NCBI GenBank assembly: GCA_032654565.1
Contig: JAULAX010000009.1
Location: forward strand, 96,001-160,000
Reading direction: 5' to 3'
DNA: 64,000 nt
From: Anaeromyxobacteraceae bacterium
GTDB lineage: Bacteria > Myxococcota > Myxococcia > Myxococcales > Anaeromyxobacteraceae
The position numbers and the translations under genes are program-made. Below, in pieces: positions 51,321-61,117 of the stretch. Numbering within the stretch: the stretch's first letter is position 1; every line of letters begins with the position of its first letter. Below the pieces are notes generated by a model that saw nothing but the letters and a program-made list of their open reading frames with translations, was not told where the DNA came from and did no database searches.

Positions 51321-51321
51321 G
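51262..51321. repeat. 15-bp tandem repeat x4 at the gene start
   Basis: GTGCTGGGCTTCACG x3 plus GTGCGGGGCTTCATG. Confidence 0.92.
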
Positions 51322-51377
51322 GCGGCGGCCGACGGTTCATCGCCACTTCCGCGAGGTGAGGCTCTTCGAGCATCCCT

Positions 51378-51899
51378 TCACCGGGGCGTCGACGCGGCGT
51401 CCTTGCGCAGCTCGCGCAGCAGGTGGCCGGCCTCCGGGGCGATCAGCTTCTCCCACGCCAGGCGGACCGCGGCGCTGGAGCCCGGGACCGAGAAGATCAC
51501 CCGGCCCTCCCAGACGCCGGCCACGGCGCGGGAGAGCATGGCGGCGCTGCCGATCTCGGCGAAGGAGAGCATGCGGAAGAGCTCGCCGAAGCCGTCGAGC
51601 CGCTTCTCCAGCAGGCCGGCCACCGCCTCGTAGGTCCGGTCGCGGGCGGCCACGCCGGTGCCGCCGTTGACCACCACCACCTCGGCCCCGGCGGCGGCGG
51701 CGGCGGCCAGCGCGGCCCGGATGGCGGCCGGCTCGTCGGGCACCACGGCGTAGCTCGACAGGACGTGGCCGGCGGCGGCGATCTGCTCGCGCAGCCAGCG
51801 GCCGCTGCCGTCCTCGGCCTCGCCGCGGGTGTCGGAGGCGGTGAGGACGCCGAAGCGGACGGTGGCCGGGGCCTCGGCGCGGTGCTGGTGGTGGGACAT
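51378..51899 (-). CDS. moaB: Molybdenum cofactor biosynthesis protein MoaB/MogA family
   Basis: T.SDTR....D.SG, VVPDE, NGGTG...RD.T.EA, GFGELFR, SRA.AG, PGS. ATG at 51899. Confidence 0.92.
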   Translation of the reverse strand: MSHHQHRAEAPATVRFGVLTASDTRGEAEDGSGRWLREQIAAAGHVLSSYAVVPDEPAAIRAALAAAAAAGAEVVVVNGGTGVAARDRTYEAVAGLLEKRLDGFGELFRMLSFAEIGSAAMLSRAVAGVWEGRVIFSVPGSSAAVRLAWEKLIAPEAGHLLRELRKDAASTPR

Positions 51900-52022
51900 G
51901 GGGGTGGGACGGTAACTCCGGGGGGAGGCGGGGGACAAGGGATGGGGGTGAACTGAGCTGGCGGAGCCAGCGCAGGAGGTGGTGGGGAGGCTGCGGTGCC
52001 CGGGCCGGGACGGCTGGGCTGC

Positions 52023-52234
52023 GGTGGCTTCGCAGCGCTGCCGACCGGCCGGCGAGAGGCGCAGCGAAGGGAGGGCAGGGGCGGGCGGTTCCGGTGGCTT
52101 CGCAAAGCTGCCGATCGGGCGGCGAGAGGCGTAGCGAAGGGAAGGCGGGGGCGGCCGCGGTTCCGGTGGCTTCGCAACGCTGCCGATCGGGCAGCGAGAG
52201 GCGCAGCGAGGGGAAGGCGGGGGCGTCCGGCTCC
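52023..52234. repeat. Three tandem ~70-bp structured repeats
   Basis: GGTGGCTTCGCA..GCTGCCGA.CGG.C.GCGAGAGGCG.AGCGA.GGGA.GGC.GGGGCG starting at 52023, 52093 and 52165. Confidence 0.9.
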
Positions 52235-52240
52235 GAGGGG

Positions 52241-52293
52241 GGTCTGAACCGGGTACCTGGGTGACAAACGAGACCGGGCACATAGGTGACACA
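52241..52293. mobile_element. Solo IS-like terminal remnant (IS481-type end suspected)
   Basis: Two imperfect 19-bp direct repeats, ACCGGGTACCTGGGTGACA (52248) and ACCGGGCACATAGGTGACA (52273); no transposase in the window. Confidence 0.5.
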
Positions 52294-52376
52294 CGCTGGG
52301 TACGCGCCTGGAGGTGCCCCTGCTCTCTCGCTGACCTCGGCGGGCCGTTCGCCGGAGGCGACGCCGCACCATCTGC

Positions 52377-52433
52377 ACCCGAACCTGGTCCCCCTTTCGC
52401 GAGTTCTGACGTCGGGACTCGCGAATGGGGGAG
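52377..52433. repeat. 57-bp dispersed repeat with palindromic core, copy 2 (possible HNH-paralog remnant)
   Basis: 52/57 identity to the reverse complement of 3604-3660; core 52396-52425. Confidence 0.9.
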
Positions 52434-52616
52434 ACCCGGGAGTCTTTTGGGTCACGCACCCAGAGTCATTTCGGGCGCCCGAAGCGGACGCAACGTAAAG
52501 CCATCCGCACGGCACGGGTCTCCTGCTCCGCAAGGCGCGCCGGTTCCGGTCGCCCCCGGAACTCTCGCCCCCCGGAACTTGTGACCGCCCCGCCCCCCGC
52601 TTAGGCTCGCCCGACC

Positions 52617-53951
52617 GTGGCCAAGCGCATCGTCTTCACGAAAAGGCTCCAGCTCCTCGGGCTGCTCTCGATCCCCTCGGGCATGCCGCTCGGCTGGATC
52701 TTCAACACCTTCCAGGTCTTCCTGGTCGACCTCGGAATCTCCCGCTCACAGATCGGCCTGCTCTCCGGCGCCTCGCTCCCCTGGACGCTCAAGTTCCTCT
52801 GGGCGCCGCTCATCGACCGCTACGCCCTCCCCTGGCCCGGCCGCCGCCGCAGCTGGATCATCCTCACCCAGCTGGCCCTGGCGCTGGCCTTCGGCGCCCT
52901 GGCCGCCTACGCCTGGCGAGCGCTGGCCGCCAGGGAGGCGGGCACGCCGCTGGCCGCCGCCCCGCTGGTGCTGGGCCTGCTGGCGCTCGGCATCGCCTTC
53001 CTGGGCGCCACCCAGGACATCGCCTCCGACGCCTACGCCGTCGAGTTCCTCCGCCGAGAGGAGCACGCCGCCGCGCCGGGGGTGCGCTCGGTCTACTACT
53101 GGGTCGGCATGCTGCTGGCCGGGGCCGTGGCCATCGGCCTGGTCGACCTGATCGGCTGGACGCTGGTCTTCCTGCTGCTCGGCCTGCTCTTCGTGGCCAG
53201 CGTCGGGCTGGTCTTCTGGTGCGACGAGCCGGAGCACCCCCCGGCGCCGCGCGCCTCCCTGCGCGAGGCGGTGGTGGAGCCGCTGGGGGCCTTCTTCCGC
53301 CGCAAGGACGCCATCGCCATCGCCCTGTTCCTCATCTTCTACAAGTTCGGCGACAACATGGCCGGGACCATGGTCAACCCGTTCCTGAAGGATCTGTGTT
53401 TCTCGAATGCAGAGCTCGGTGCCGCGGTGAAGACCATCGGCATCGTCGCCTCCATCGCCGGGAGCGCCGCCGCCGTCGGGCTCACCATGAAGCTGGGGGT
53501 GGGGCGCGCCCTCTGGGTGCTGGGCATCGCCCAGGCGCTGGCCAACCTGCTCTACGCCGCCGCCGCGGTGAGCCGGGCCGCGCCGCTCGACGCCTCCCTC
53601 TGCGCCGCCGGCCTGCCGCCGCTCGACGCCGCCACCCGGGCCTGGGCCTACCTCAGCATCGCCGGCGAGTACGGTGCCAAGTCGATGGCCTCGGTGGCGC
53701 AGGGGGCGCTGCTGCTGCGGGTCTGCGACAAGAAGAACGCCGTCACCCAATTCGCGCTCCTCACCAGCCTCTTCGCGGTGGGGCGCTGGACCGCCGGCCT
53801 CCCCTCCGGCTACCTGGTCGACCTGCTCGGCTACCCGGTCTTCTTCACCCTCTGCGCCACGGTGGTGGCGGTGCCGGGGCTGGTCTTCCTGCAGCGGATC
53901 GCGCCGTTCGGGCAGAAGGACGTGGCCGGCCCGTCGGGCGAGCAGGGCTGA
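52617..53951 (+). CDS. ampG: AmpG family muropeptide MFS transporter
   Basis: SG.P, PW.LKFLWAP..DR, GRRRSW, ATQDIA.DAY, YK.GD, TQFALL.S. Confidence 0.9.
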   Translation: MAKRIVFTKRLQLLGLLSIPSGMPLGWIFNTFQVFLVDLGISRSQIGLLSGASLPWTLKFLWAPLIDRYALPWPGRRRSWIILTQLALALAFGALAAYAWRALAAREAGTPLAAAPLVLGLLALGIAFLGATQDIASDAYAVEFLRREEHAAAPGVRSVYYWVGMLLAGAVAIGLVDLIGWTLVFLLLGLLFVASVGLVFWCDEPEHPPAPRASLREAVVEPLGAFFRRKDAIAIALFLIFYKFGDNMAGTMVNPFLKDLCFSNAELGAAVKTIGIVASIAGSAAAVGLTMKLGVGRALWVLGIAQALANLLYAAAAVSRAAPLDASLCAAGLPPLDAATRAWAYLSIAGEYGAKSMASVAQGALLLRVCDKKNAVTQFALLTSLFAVGRWTAGLPSGYLVDLLGYPVFFTLCATVVAVPGLVFLQRIAPFGQKDVAGPSGEQG

Positions 53952-54031
53952 GGCGCGACCGCGGGGCCGACGGTTCGGCGCGCCCTTCCTGCGCCGACCG
54001 CTTTCCTCACGCTGCCTTGAACCCCGCCAGG

Positions 54032-55415
54032 TCAGTCCACAGGCAGGGAGATCGAGGACCTGCGCTGCAGGAGCGTTCCCAGCGCCGTCAGCTGGAACTG
54101 CCTTCCGTCGAACGCCCCGACGTCGCTCGCCAGGCTCGGCGCCGGTGGCTGGCATGGGTGACCAGCCGTCGGTCGCGGGGTCGTAGATGCCGCCGTCGCG
54201 GGCCAGCGTGGCCGCGGTGAAGTACTGCGGGACGGCGCCGGACCAGACCAGGAGCCGATCGCCGGTCCAGGCGGTCAGCGGGTTCTTGCGGGAGGAGGGG
54301 GCGCCGGCCTGGGCCATGGCCGTCCAGGTGTCGGTGGCGGGGAGGTAGCGGCCACCGGCGGCGCCGGTGGTGACGAAGAGCTCGGTGCCGGTCCAGAGTG
54401 TGGCGGTCCCGCCCCCGTAGGCGGACATCGGCGTCCAGACGTCCCCGACCGGGTCATAGCGCCTCGCCACGCCCTTGGTCGCCTGGGGGATCCCGACGCC
54501 GCCGCTGTAGTCGTAGACCACGCCCAGCACCAGCACCTGGGCGCCGGTCCAGGCGGCGCGCCATCCGAAGTCGACGACCGGGGCGCCCACGGCCGAGATG
54601 GGGCGCCAGCTGTCGGTGGCCGGGTCGTAGCGGCCGCCGCTCAGGTCGGCCACGCCACCCCAGACCACCAGCTCGGTCCCGGTCCAGACGGCGACGTGGC
54701 CGACCCGCGCCGAGGGGGCGCCGGTGGTGGACATGGCGCGCCAGGAGTCGGCGACCGGGTCGTACCGGCCGCCGGTGGCGACGGCAGCGTAGGCCACCGT
54801 CCCGCCCCAGACGATCATCTCGTTCCCGCACCAGGTGGCGGTGTGGCCGGTGCGGGCCGCCGGCGCCCCCGCCACCGCCATGGGCCGCCAGGAGTCGCTG
54901 GCCGGGTTGTACCGGCCGCCCGCCAGCGTGGTCGGCGTGCCGCCCCAGACCACCAGCTCGGCGCCGGTCCAGACGGCGGCGTGGCCGGTCCGCGCCGTCG
55001 GCGCGCCGGCGGTCGCCAGGGGGCGCCAGTGGGCGGTGGTGAAGGTCCAGGAGCCCGGCGCGGCGAGCGCTCCGCCGCGGGCGGACCTCACCCCGGGGGC
55101 GAGCGTGGCGGTCAGCGAGGCGGCCCCGGGGAAGGGGAGCGCCGGCGTGAAGGTGGCCGCGACCCCGGACACCACCACGCTCCCGGCGATGGCGGCGCCC
55201 CCGGTGCGGGCGACGGTGAAGCCGGCCTCGAGGCTGGCCGGGTCCATGGCCTCGGAGAAGGTGACGGTCACCGACGTGGCGGTCGACTCGGTGAGGTCCG
55301 CCGAGGGGCTCCGGGTGAGCACCGAGGGGGCGGGCGGGAGCGGAGCGGAACTGCCTCCGCACCCCGCGCCGAGCAGCACCGCCACGCCGAGCAACGTCGT
55401 CCTGGCCACGTTCAT
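54032..55415 (-). pseudogene. Ig-like (Big_5) + kelch-repeat lipoprotein, frameshifted near the 3' end
   Basis: Lipobox GAGC, VTFSE.MD, repeated GAP.AR.GH.AVWTG.E..VWGG...GGRYDP. The last repeat continues in another frame from about 54140 to a TGA at 54034-54032. Confidence 0.7.
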
Positions 55416-55601
55416 GGTCACGTCCCCTCCGGGGTCGAATACCGCGATGCTGCCATCATCCTGGGGGCGGCCGCGAGCTGCCCACCCCGAGCGCCTCCTC
55501 GCCGGGCCACTCGTTCACCCATGGTCTACGCTCCCGGGAGAGGTGGATAGATCCTTTGCACCCGGTCACCTACGGGGCAACAGGATGGGCTGCGGTAAGA
55601 T

Positions 55602-55620
55602 GCCCGACCCGGGGTCGGGC
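55602..55620. terminator. Stem-loop downstream of the 55638-57146 gene
   Basis: GCCCGACC-CGG-GGTCGGGC. Confidence 0.4.
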
Positions 55621-55637
55621 CGGCGGGCCTCGCGGCG

Positions 55638-57146
55638 CTACAGGCCGCCGCCGTCGCGGCCGAGCTCCAGCACGTCGACCGTGGCCCGCCGCTCCATCAC
55701 CCGCACCGGCCAGGCGTGGTAGGCGCGCAGCCAGCGCTCCGCCTCGCGCTCCGGCTCCTCGCCGCGCGGCCGGCAGATGCGCAGCGAGGCCGCCGGCAGC
55801 GCCTTCCACTGCGCCACCGTCGGCGTGGCCCGGTGGCTCACCCCCCAGACCCGCCACGGACCGTCACCGCCCGCCGAGCGCAGCCCCCGCTCCCGCGCCA
55901 CCAGGGAGGCGTGCCAGACGCCGGTCCAGACCGACCAGTAGTCGCCGGCGATGAGCTGGCAGCGGGCCGCCAGCACGTCCTCGGTGAGCCGGCCGGTCCG
56001 GCCGTCGAGGTCGGCGCGGACGCCGGCCAGCGACGGCGCGCCGCCCACCGCCAGCGCCGCCAGTGGCAGCGCCAGCAGCGCCGCGGCGAAGGCCGGCCTC
56101 GAGGCCCGGGCCGCCCGCGCCAGCGGCTCGGCCAGCAGCGAGATCACCGCCAGGTGGAGCAGCACCGCCGCCGGCGCCAGGTAGCGGGGGTGGTGGTCGT
56201 TCTCCGCCACCCAGGAGAGGGCGCCGACGAAGGCGGCGTAGGCCACCGCGGCGAACAGCAGGGTCCCGGCCCGGACCAGGGCGTCGCGCCGCCAGCCGCG
56301 CGAGGAGGGGAGCGCCAGCAGCGCCCCGCCCAGCCCGGCGCCGAGCAGCAGGGCCACGCCCCAGCCGGGCGCCTCGGCCCAGGCCCGGGCCACCGTCGCC
56401 CCCCAGGCGGCCGGCCATCGCCCCGGCGGCAGGAAGCCGACCGCCAGCCGCAGCGGCTGGCCGGTGACCACCGGGTAGAGCCTGATCGAGAGCTGCCCGG
56501 CCGCGAGACCAACCGCCAGCAGCCCGGCGTCGACCAGCAGCCGCTCCCGCACCGCGCCGCGCGCCTCGGCCGGCTCGGTGAACCAGTCCTCCAGCGCCCG
56601 GGCCAGCGCCAGCAGCCCCAGCACCACGCCGGTGGCCGGGTTGACGGCGTGGGCCAGCAGCACCAGCAGCAGCCCCGCCGCCAGCCGCCAGCGCGGCCGG
56701 CGCCCGCCCCCCGGGGCGGGCTCGGCGAAGGCCAGCCCGCCGAGCGCCAGCGCCAGCGCCAGGCCGTAGGGCTGGTCGCCGAGGAACTCGAAGCGCCAGG
56801 GGGCCGGGGCGAAGAGCAGCAGCGTGGCCGCCGCCGCCGCCCCCACCAGCGGCCAGTCGCGCTCGGCGAAGAGGTGGCGGGCCAGCAGCACCACGGTGGC
56901 CAGCCCGGCGAAGATCATCAGGCCGCGCTGCAGCAGCAGGTTCCAGAGCGGGTCGCGGACCGGCAGCGCCAGCAGCGGCACCAGCATGCCGAACCGCTCC
57001 TGGTCCCAGTAGAAGGGGGTCCAGCGCTGCAGCGACACCAGCACCGGGACGATGGAGTCGCCGTGCTCCAGCCGGTGGAGGTCGCCGAGATCGAGCAGCG
57101 CCGCCGCCGCCACCAGCGCCGCCAGCAGCGGCCAGGCGCGGCGCAT
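55638..57146 (-). CDS. Hypothetical multi-pass membrane protein (GT-C fold-like)
   Basis: About 10-12 hydrophobic segments; first-loop GDS..P...S...W.PFYW.Q.R.G and a late GDYW motif. Function is inferred only. Confidence 0.6.
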   Translation of the reverse strand: MRRAWPLLAALVAAAALLDLGDLHRLEHGDSIVPVLVSLQRWTPFYWDQERFGMLVPLLALPVRDPLWNLLLQRGLMIFAGLATVVLLARHLFAERDWPLVGAAAAATLLLFAPAPWRFEFLGDQPYGLALALALGGLAFAEPAPGGGRRPRWRLAAGLLLVLLAHAVNPATGVVLGLLALARALEDWFTEPAEARGAVRERLLVDAGLLAVGLAAGQLSIRLYPVVTGQPLRLAVGFLPPGRWPAAWGATVARAWAEAPGWGVALLLGAGLGGALLALPSSRGWRRDALVRAGTLLFAAVAYAAFVGALSWVAENDHHPRYLAPAAVLLHLAVISLLAEPLARAARASRPAFAAALLALPLAALAVGGAPSLAGVRADLDGRTGRLTEDVLAARCQLIAGDYWSVWTGVWHASLVARERGLRSAGGDGPWRVWGVSHRATPTVAQWKALPAASLRICRPRGEEPEREAERWLRAYHAWPVRVMERRATVDVLELGRDGGGL

Positions 57147-57179
57147 GCGGGACGGGTCCGGGTCGACGGCGCCGGGCGG

Positions 57180-57899
57180 CTACTTCGCCACGGCCCGCGC
57201 GGCCCGCTCCCTGGCCTCGGCCGCCAGCGCCCTCACCGAGAAGCCCGGGGTCTGGGCGTACTCGTCGGTGGCGTCGGCGTGATAGGGGCGGGCCGAGGCC
57301 CGCATCGCCGCCAGCTTGTCGGCGGGGATGGAGGGCGAGGGACGGCGCAGCCAGGGATCCGACTGGTAGCTGACCGGCGGGCCGCGCAGCAGGGCCTTCT
57401 CGTCCTGCAGCTGCCCGCTCCGCTCCAGCGACGGCGGGGCGTGCTCGCCGGTGTCCATGCGGATGGCGTCCTTGGGGCAGGCCTCCACGCAGAAGCCGCA
57501 GACCACGCAGCGCAGCTCGTCGATGACGAACTTGACCGGGTACTTCTCGATGGGGTCGCCCGCCACCTCGCCGGCCTCGATGTAGATGCACTGGGCCGGG
57601 CAGGCGGTGGCGCACATGTAGCAGGCCACGCAGCGGGGGTTGCCGTCCTCGCGGGGGACCAGCCGGTGCAGGCCGCGGTAGCCGGGCGGGTACGGCGCCT
57701 TCTCCTCCGGGTACTGCAGGGTGACGTTGTCCGAGTACCCCAGGCCGCGCGGCCGCTCCAGGATGTCGGGGTTGGCGTCGCGCGAGAAGAAGAGGTTCCT
57801 GAGGAAGTGGCCGGCGAGCGTGCCGATGCCCCGGATCACCTCCGGGAAGTAGATCCGCTCGCGGAAGTCGAGGGGCCGATTGTCGAGCTGGTAGGGCAT
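57180..57899 (-). CDS. nuoI: NADH-quinone oxidoreductase subunit I
   Basis: [21 protein letters not shown] and [12 protein letters not shown]. Confidence 0.95.
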   Translation of the reverse strand: MPYQLDNRPLDFRERIYFPEVIRGIGTLAGHFLRNLFFSRDANPDILERPRGLGYSDNVTLQYPEEKAPYPPGYRGLHRLVPREDGNPRCVACYMCATACPAQCIYIEAGEVAGDPIEKYPVKFVIDELRCVVCGFCVEACPKDAIRMDTGEHAPPSLERSGQLQDEKALLRGPPVSYQSDPWLRRPSPSIPADKLAAMRASARPYHADATDEYAQTPGFSVRALAAEARERAARAVAK

Positions 57900-57911
57900 G
57901 TCTCGCTCCCT

Positions 57912-59315
57912 CTAGTGCCCGGCCGCGTGGGCCGCGCCGTGGCCGCCGTGGCCGCCGTGGTCCGGGCTGGCGCCGTGGGCCGGCGCCGGCCGGCCGGAGG
58001 CGCCCACCAGCACGCCGATGACGACGATGGTGGCCAGGCCGATCCAGGCCAGCAGCTGCAGCGACGGGTCGATGAGGATGGCCGCCCCGGTGACGAAGAT
58101 GTTCACCAGCGCCGCCGGCAGCAGGATCTTCCAGCAGAGCTTCTGGATCTGGTCGTAGCGGAAGCGCGGCAGCAGCCAGCGGATCACCAGCTGCAGCCAC
58201 ATCAGCAGGATCATCTTCACCAGGAAGGCCCCGGCGCAGATGGCGGCGAACCAGACGGGCGTGACGCTGGCGCGAAGCCACTCGGTGTTGACCACCAGCG
58301 GGTGCCAGCCGCCCAGGAAGACGGCGGTGATGACGCCGGCGAAGACGGCGATCTCCATGAACTCGGCGAGGAACATCATGCCGAACTTCATGCCCGAGTA
58401 TTCGATGAAGTAGCCGACGATCTCCGACTCGCCCTCGGGCAGGTCGAAGGGGGCGCGCTTGGTCTCGGCGAAGCCGGAGGTGAAGAAGATCAGGAAGCCG
58501 ATGGGCTGCAGCAGCAGGCCGATGGCCGGGATGCTCCCCATCACCCCCTGCCCCTGGGCCACCACCATCTCCTCGAGGCGCAGGGTCTTGTAGGCCATCA
58601 TGACGCCCACCAGCGAGAGCCCCATCGAGACCTCGTAGGAGATCATCTGCGAGGAGGCGCGGACGCCGCCCAGCAGCGCCAGCTTGTTGTTGGAGGCCCA
58701 GCCGGCCAGCGAGGTGCCGTAGACCGAGAGCGAGGCGATGGCGAAGAGGTAGAGCAGGCCGGCGTCGAGCTGCGCCACCTGCAGCGAGACCGCCCGCCCG
58801 GCCCCGGCGGCGGCGCCGAAGAAGGCGCCCAGGTCGATGGCCGGCCCCACCGGGACGATGGCGAAGAGGCAGAAGACCGGGGCGAAGGAGAGCACCGGCG
58901 CGAGATCGAAGAGCAGCTTGCTGCGCACGTCGGGCGCGGCCCGCTCCTTGGTGAGCATCTTCAGGGCGTCGGCCAGCAGGTAGGGGATGCCGCCCAGCGG
59001 GTGGCCGGCCACGGTGATGCGGTTGGCGCCGATGCGGTTCTGCAGCAGCGCCGACCACTTGCGCTCGGCCACCGTGAGCAGCGACCCGGAGATCATCACC
59101 ACCACCATCAGCAGGGTCAGCACGTTGCCGACGGCGACGCCGTAGGAGACGGCGGCCGGGCTGATGGAGCCGGCCGGGTTCCAGCCGAAGAGGATGGACA
59201 GGGCGTTGAAGCCCCAGCCCAGGCCGGCCGCCGCCCAGTAGAAGCCGGCGCCGAGGACCACCAGGAAGCCGACCAGCAAGGCCAGCGTCAGGGACATGCC
59301 AAAGAAGCGCTTCAC
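57912..59315 (-). CDS. nuoH: NADH-quinone oxidoreductase subunit H
   Basis: ERK...Q.RIG.N, AD.LK...KE, SNNK..LLGG.R...Q.ISYE, AETKRAPFDLPE.ESE, PRFRYDQ. Confidence 0.95.
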   Translation of the reverse strand: MKRFFGMSLTLALLVGFLVVLGAGFYWAAAGLGWGFNALSILFGWNPAGSISPAAVSYGVAVGNVLTLLMVVVMISGSLLTVAERKWSALLQNRIGANRITVAGHPLGGIPYLLADALKMLTKERAAPDVRSKLLFDLAPVLSFAPVFCLFAIVPVGPAIDLGAFFGAAAGAGRAVSLQVAQLDAGLLYLFAIASLSVYGTSLAGWASNNKLALLGGVRASSQMISYEVSMGLSLVGVMMAYKTLRLEEMVVAQGQGVMGSIPAIGLLLQPIGFLIFFTSGFAETKRAPFDLPEGESEIVGYFIEYSGMKFGMMFLAEFMEIAVFAGVITAVFLGGWHPLVVNTEWLRASVTPVWFAAICAGAFLVKMILLMWLQLVIRWLLPRFRYDQIQKLCWKILLPAALVNIFVTGAAILIDPSLQLLAWIGLATIVVIGVLVGASGRPAPAHGASPDHGGHGGHGAAHAAGH

Positions 59316-59325
59316 GCGTTCCTCC

Positions 59326-61086
59326 TCACCAGCCGCTCGGCGCGACGCCGCGCTCGATGGGCTCGGCGCCCTCGGGAGCCATGCGATCCTTCTGCCCGGC
59401 CAGCCGGCCGTCGACGGTGCCGGCGGCCAGCGGCACGAAGCCCCGGCGGCGACCGGCCGACGGGAGCGAGTCCCAGCTGAAGTCGGGGCCGAGCGCCCCG
59501 GCCAGCTTCGGCGAGAGCGCCAGCCAGGCCTCGCGGTTGCTGCGCCACGGGGTCTTCAGCCCCAGCCCGCGCCCCAGCGCCGCCGCCAGGTCGGCGTGCG
59601 GCCGGGCCTCGCCGCGGGGGAACCAGGCCGCCTCGAAGCGCTGGCCGCGCCCCTCGAAGTTGACGTAGGTGCCGTCGGCCTCGGCCACGGTGGCCGCCGG
59701 CAGCAGCACGGTGGCGGCCTCGGCCAGCGGGCCGCCGTTGCTGGCCTGCACCACCAGGGTGGGGAGCGAGGCCAGCGCCCCGGCCGCGGCCGGCAGCTCG
59801 GCGCCGACCGCCCAGAGCGCCTTGACCGTGCCCGCCCCGGCCGCCGCCACCAGCTCGGCGAAGGGCCTGACGGCGAGGCCGAAGGCCCGGGCCGCCAGCT
59901 CCAGCCCCTTGCGGTTGGGGTTCTCGTCGGCCTGCTTGAGGAACTGGTCGTGCCAGCCGTCGGGCCGGCCACCGGCGTAGACCTCGGTGACGCCCAGCCC
60001 CTCGCCGGCCACCGCGCAGGCGACCAGCAGGTCCTCGAGCGAGCAGAGCGGCGAGAGCAGCACCGCCACCCCGCCCCTGGCCCTGGCGGCGGCCAGCGCC
60101 GTGGCGGCCGCGGCCACCGCGGCGTCACGCCCCTCGGGCCGCCCCTCCGGGCCACGCCCCAGCCGCGCCTTCAGGACCCGGCCGGTGTTGAAGGGCTTGT
60201 AGGTGAGCCGCCCCTGGTCGCACATCCACTCCTGGTTGACGGCCTGGTTCTCGCGCGGGCGCAGCCGGTAGGCCGACTCGCCGAGGTAGTCGAGGGAGAC
60301 GTTGCAGCCCCGGCTGCAGCCGGTGCAGATGGAGCGGGCCGTGCTCATGAACCAGACCCGGCCGCTGAAGCGGAAGTCGGTGGAGGTGAGGGCGCCCACC
60401 GGGCAGAGGTCGACCACGTTGCCGGCGTACTTGTCGTCGAGCGGCTGGCCGGGGAAGGCGGTGATCTCGCTGCGGGTGCCGCGGTTGGCGACGCCCAGCT
60501 GCGGGTTCTTGGCCACCTCGCGCATGAAGCGGACGCAGCGGGTGCAGAGGATGCACCGCTCCTGGTCGAGGGTGACGGTGGGCCCCAGCGCCACCCGCTT
60601 CTGCTTGACGTTCTTGGGGATGTCGAGGCGGGAGGGCTTGGCGTCGTACTGGACGTAGTAGTCCTGCAGCTTGCACTCGCCGGCCTGGTCGCAGATGGAG
60701 CAGTCGACCGGGTGGTTGAGGAGCAGGAACTCCAGGGTGGCGCGCTGCTGGTCCTTCACCTTGGCGGTGTCGGTCTTGACGGCGACGCCCTCGCCCAGGG
60801 TGGCCTGGCAGCCCGGCATCAGCTTGCCGCCCGGGGCGTTGGACATCTCGACCAGGCACATGCGGCAGTTGGCGGCCACCGAGAGCCGCTTGTGCCAGCA
60901 GTAGTAGGGGATCTCGATCCCCATGGCCGTGGCCGCCTCGATGACGGTGGTGCCGGGCTTCACCACCACCTCGCGCCCGTCGATGGTGGCGGTCACCATC
61001 CCCGGGTTCCTGGGGGGCGGCGGCGCGGGCGGGCCGGCCGGCTTGGGAGCCGCGGCGGGCGCTTCGGGCTTCTTCTCCTCGGCCAT
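59326..61086 (-). CDS. nuoG: NADH-quinone oxidoreductase subunit G (short form)
   Basis: IPYYC.H...AANCRMC, LLNHPVDC.ICDQAGEC.LQ, RCI.CTRC.RF, CPVGAL, CTGCSRGC. ATG at 61086. Confidence 0.92.
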   Translation of the reverse strand: MAEEKKPEAPAAAPKPAGPPAPPPPRNPGMVTATIDGREVVVKPGTTVIEAATAMGIEIPYYCWHKRLSVAANCRMCLVEMSNAPGGKLMPGCQATLGEGVAVKTDTAKVKDQQRATLEFLLLNHPVDCSICDQAGECKLQDYYVQYDAKPSRLDIPKNVKQKRVALGPTVTLDQERCILCTRCVRFMREVAKNPQLGVANRGTRSEITAFPGQPLDDKYAGNVVDLCPVGALTSTDFRFSGRVWFMSTARSICTGCSRGCNVSLDYLGESAYRLRPRENQAVNQEWMCDQGRLTYKPFNTGRVLKARLGRGPEGRPEGRDAAVAAAATALAAARARGGVAVLLSPLCSLEDLLVACAVAGEGLGVTEVYAGGRPDGWHDQFLKQADENPNRKGLELAARAFGLAVRPFAELVAAAGAGTVKALWAVGAELPAAAGALASLPTLVVQASNGGPLAEAATVLLPAATVAEADGTYVNFEGRGQRFEAAWFPRGEARPHADLAAALGRGLGLKTPWRSNREAWLALSPKLAGALGPDFSWDSLPSAGRRRGFVPLAAGTVDGRLAGQKDRMAPEGAEPIERGVAPSGW

Positions 61087-61117
61087 TCCTATTCCTCCCG
61101 GTGCTGCAGGCGGGTCG

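Noticed and set aside
52023..52234. Possible CRISPR array
   Set aside because: The units are conserved over nearly their whole 70 bp, there are no unique 30-40-nt spacers, and no cas genes are present.
51378..52292. N-terminally extended 304-aa MoaB
   Set aside because: The extension simply translates the non-coding repeats; homology begins at MSHHQH (51899).
52746..54031. C-terminal half of the 891-aa ORF as real protein
   Set aside because: Antisense to ampG with no kelch periodicity; explained by the frameshift near 54140.
55422..55637. Riboswitch in the leader of the kelch lipoprotein gene
   Set aside because: I could not match the conserved motifs of c-di-GMP, TPP, cobalamin, SAM or other known riboswitches.
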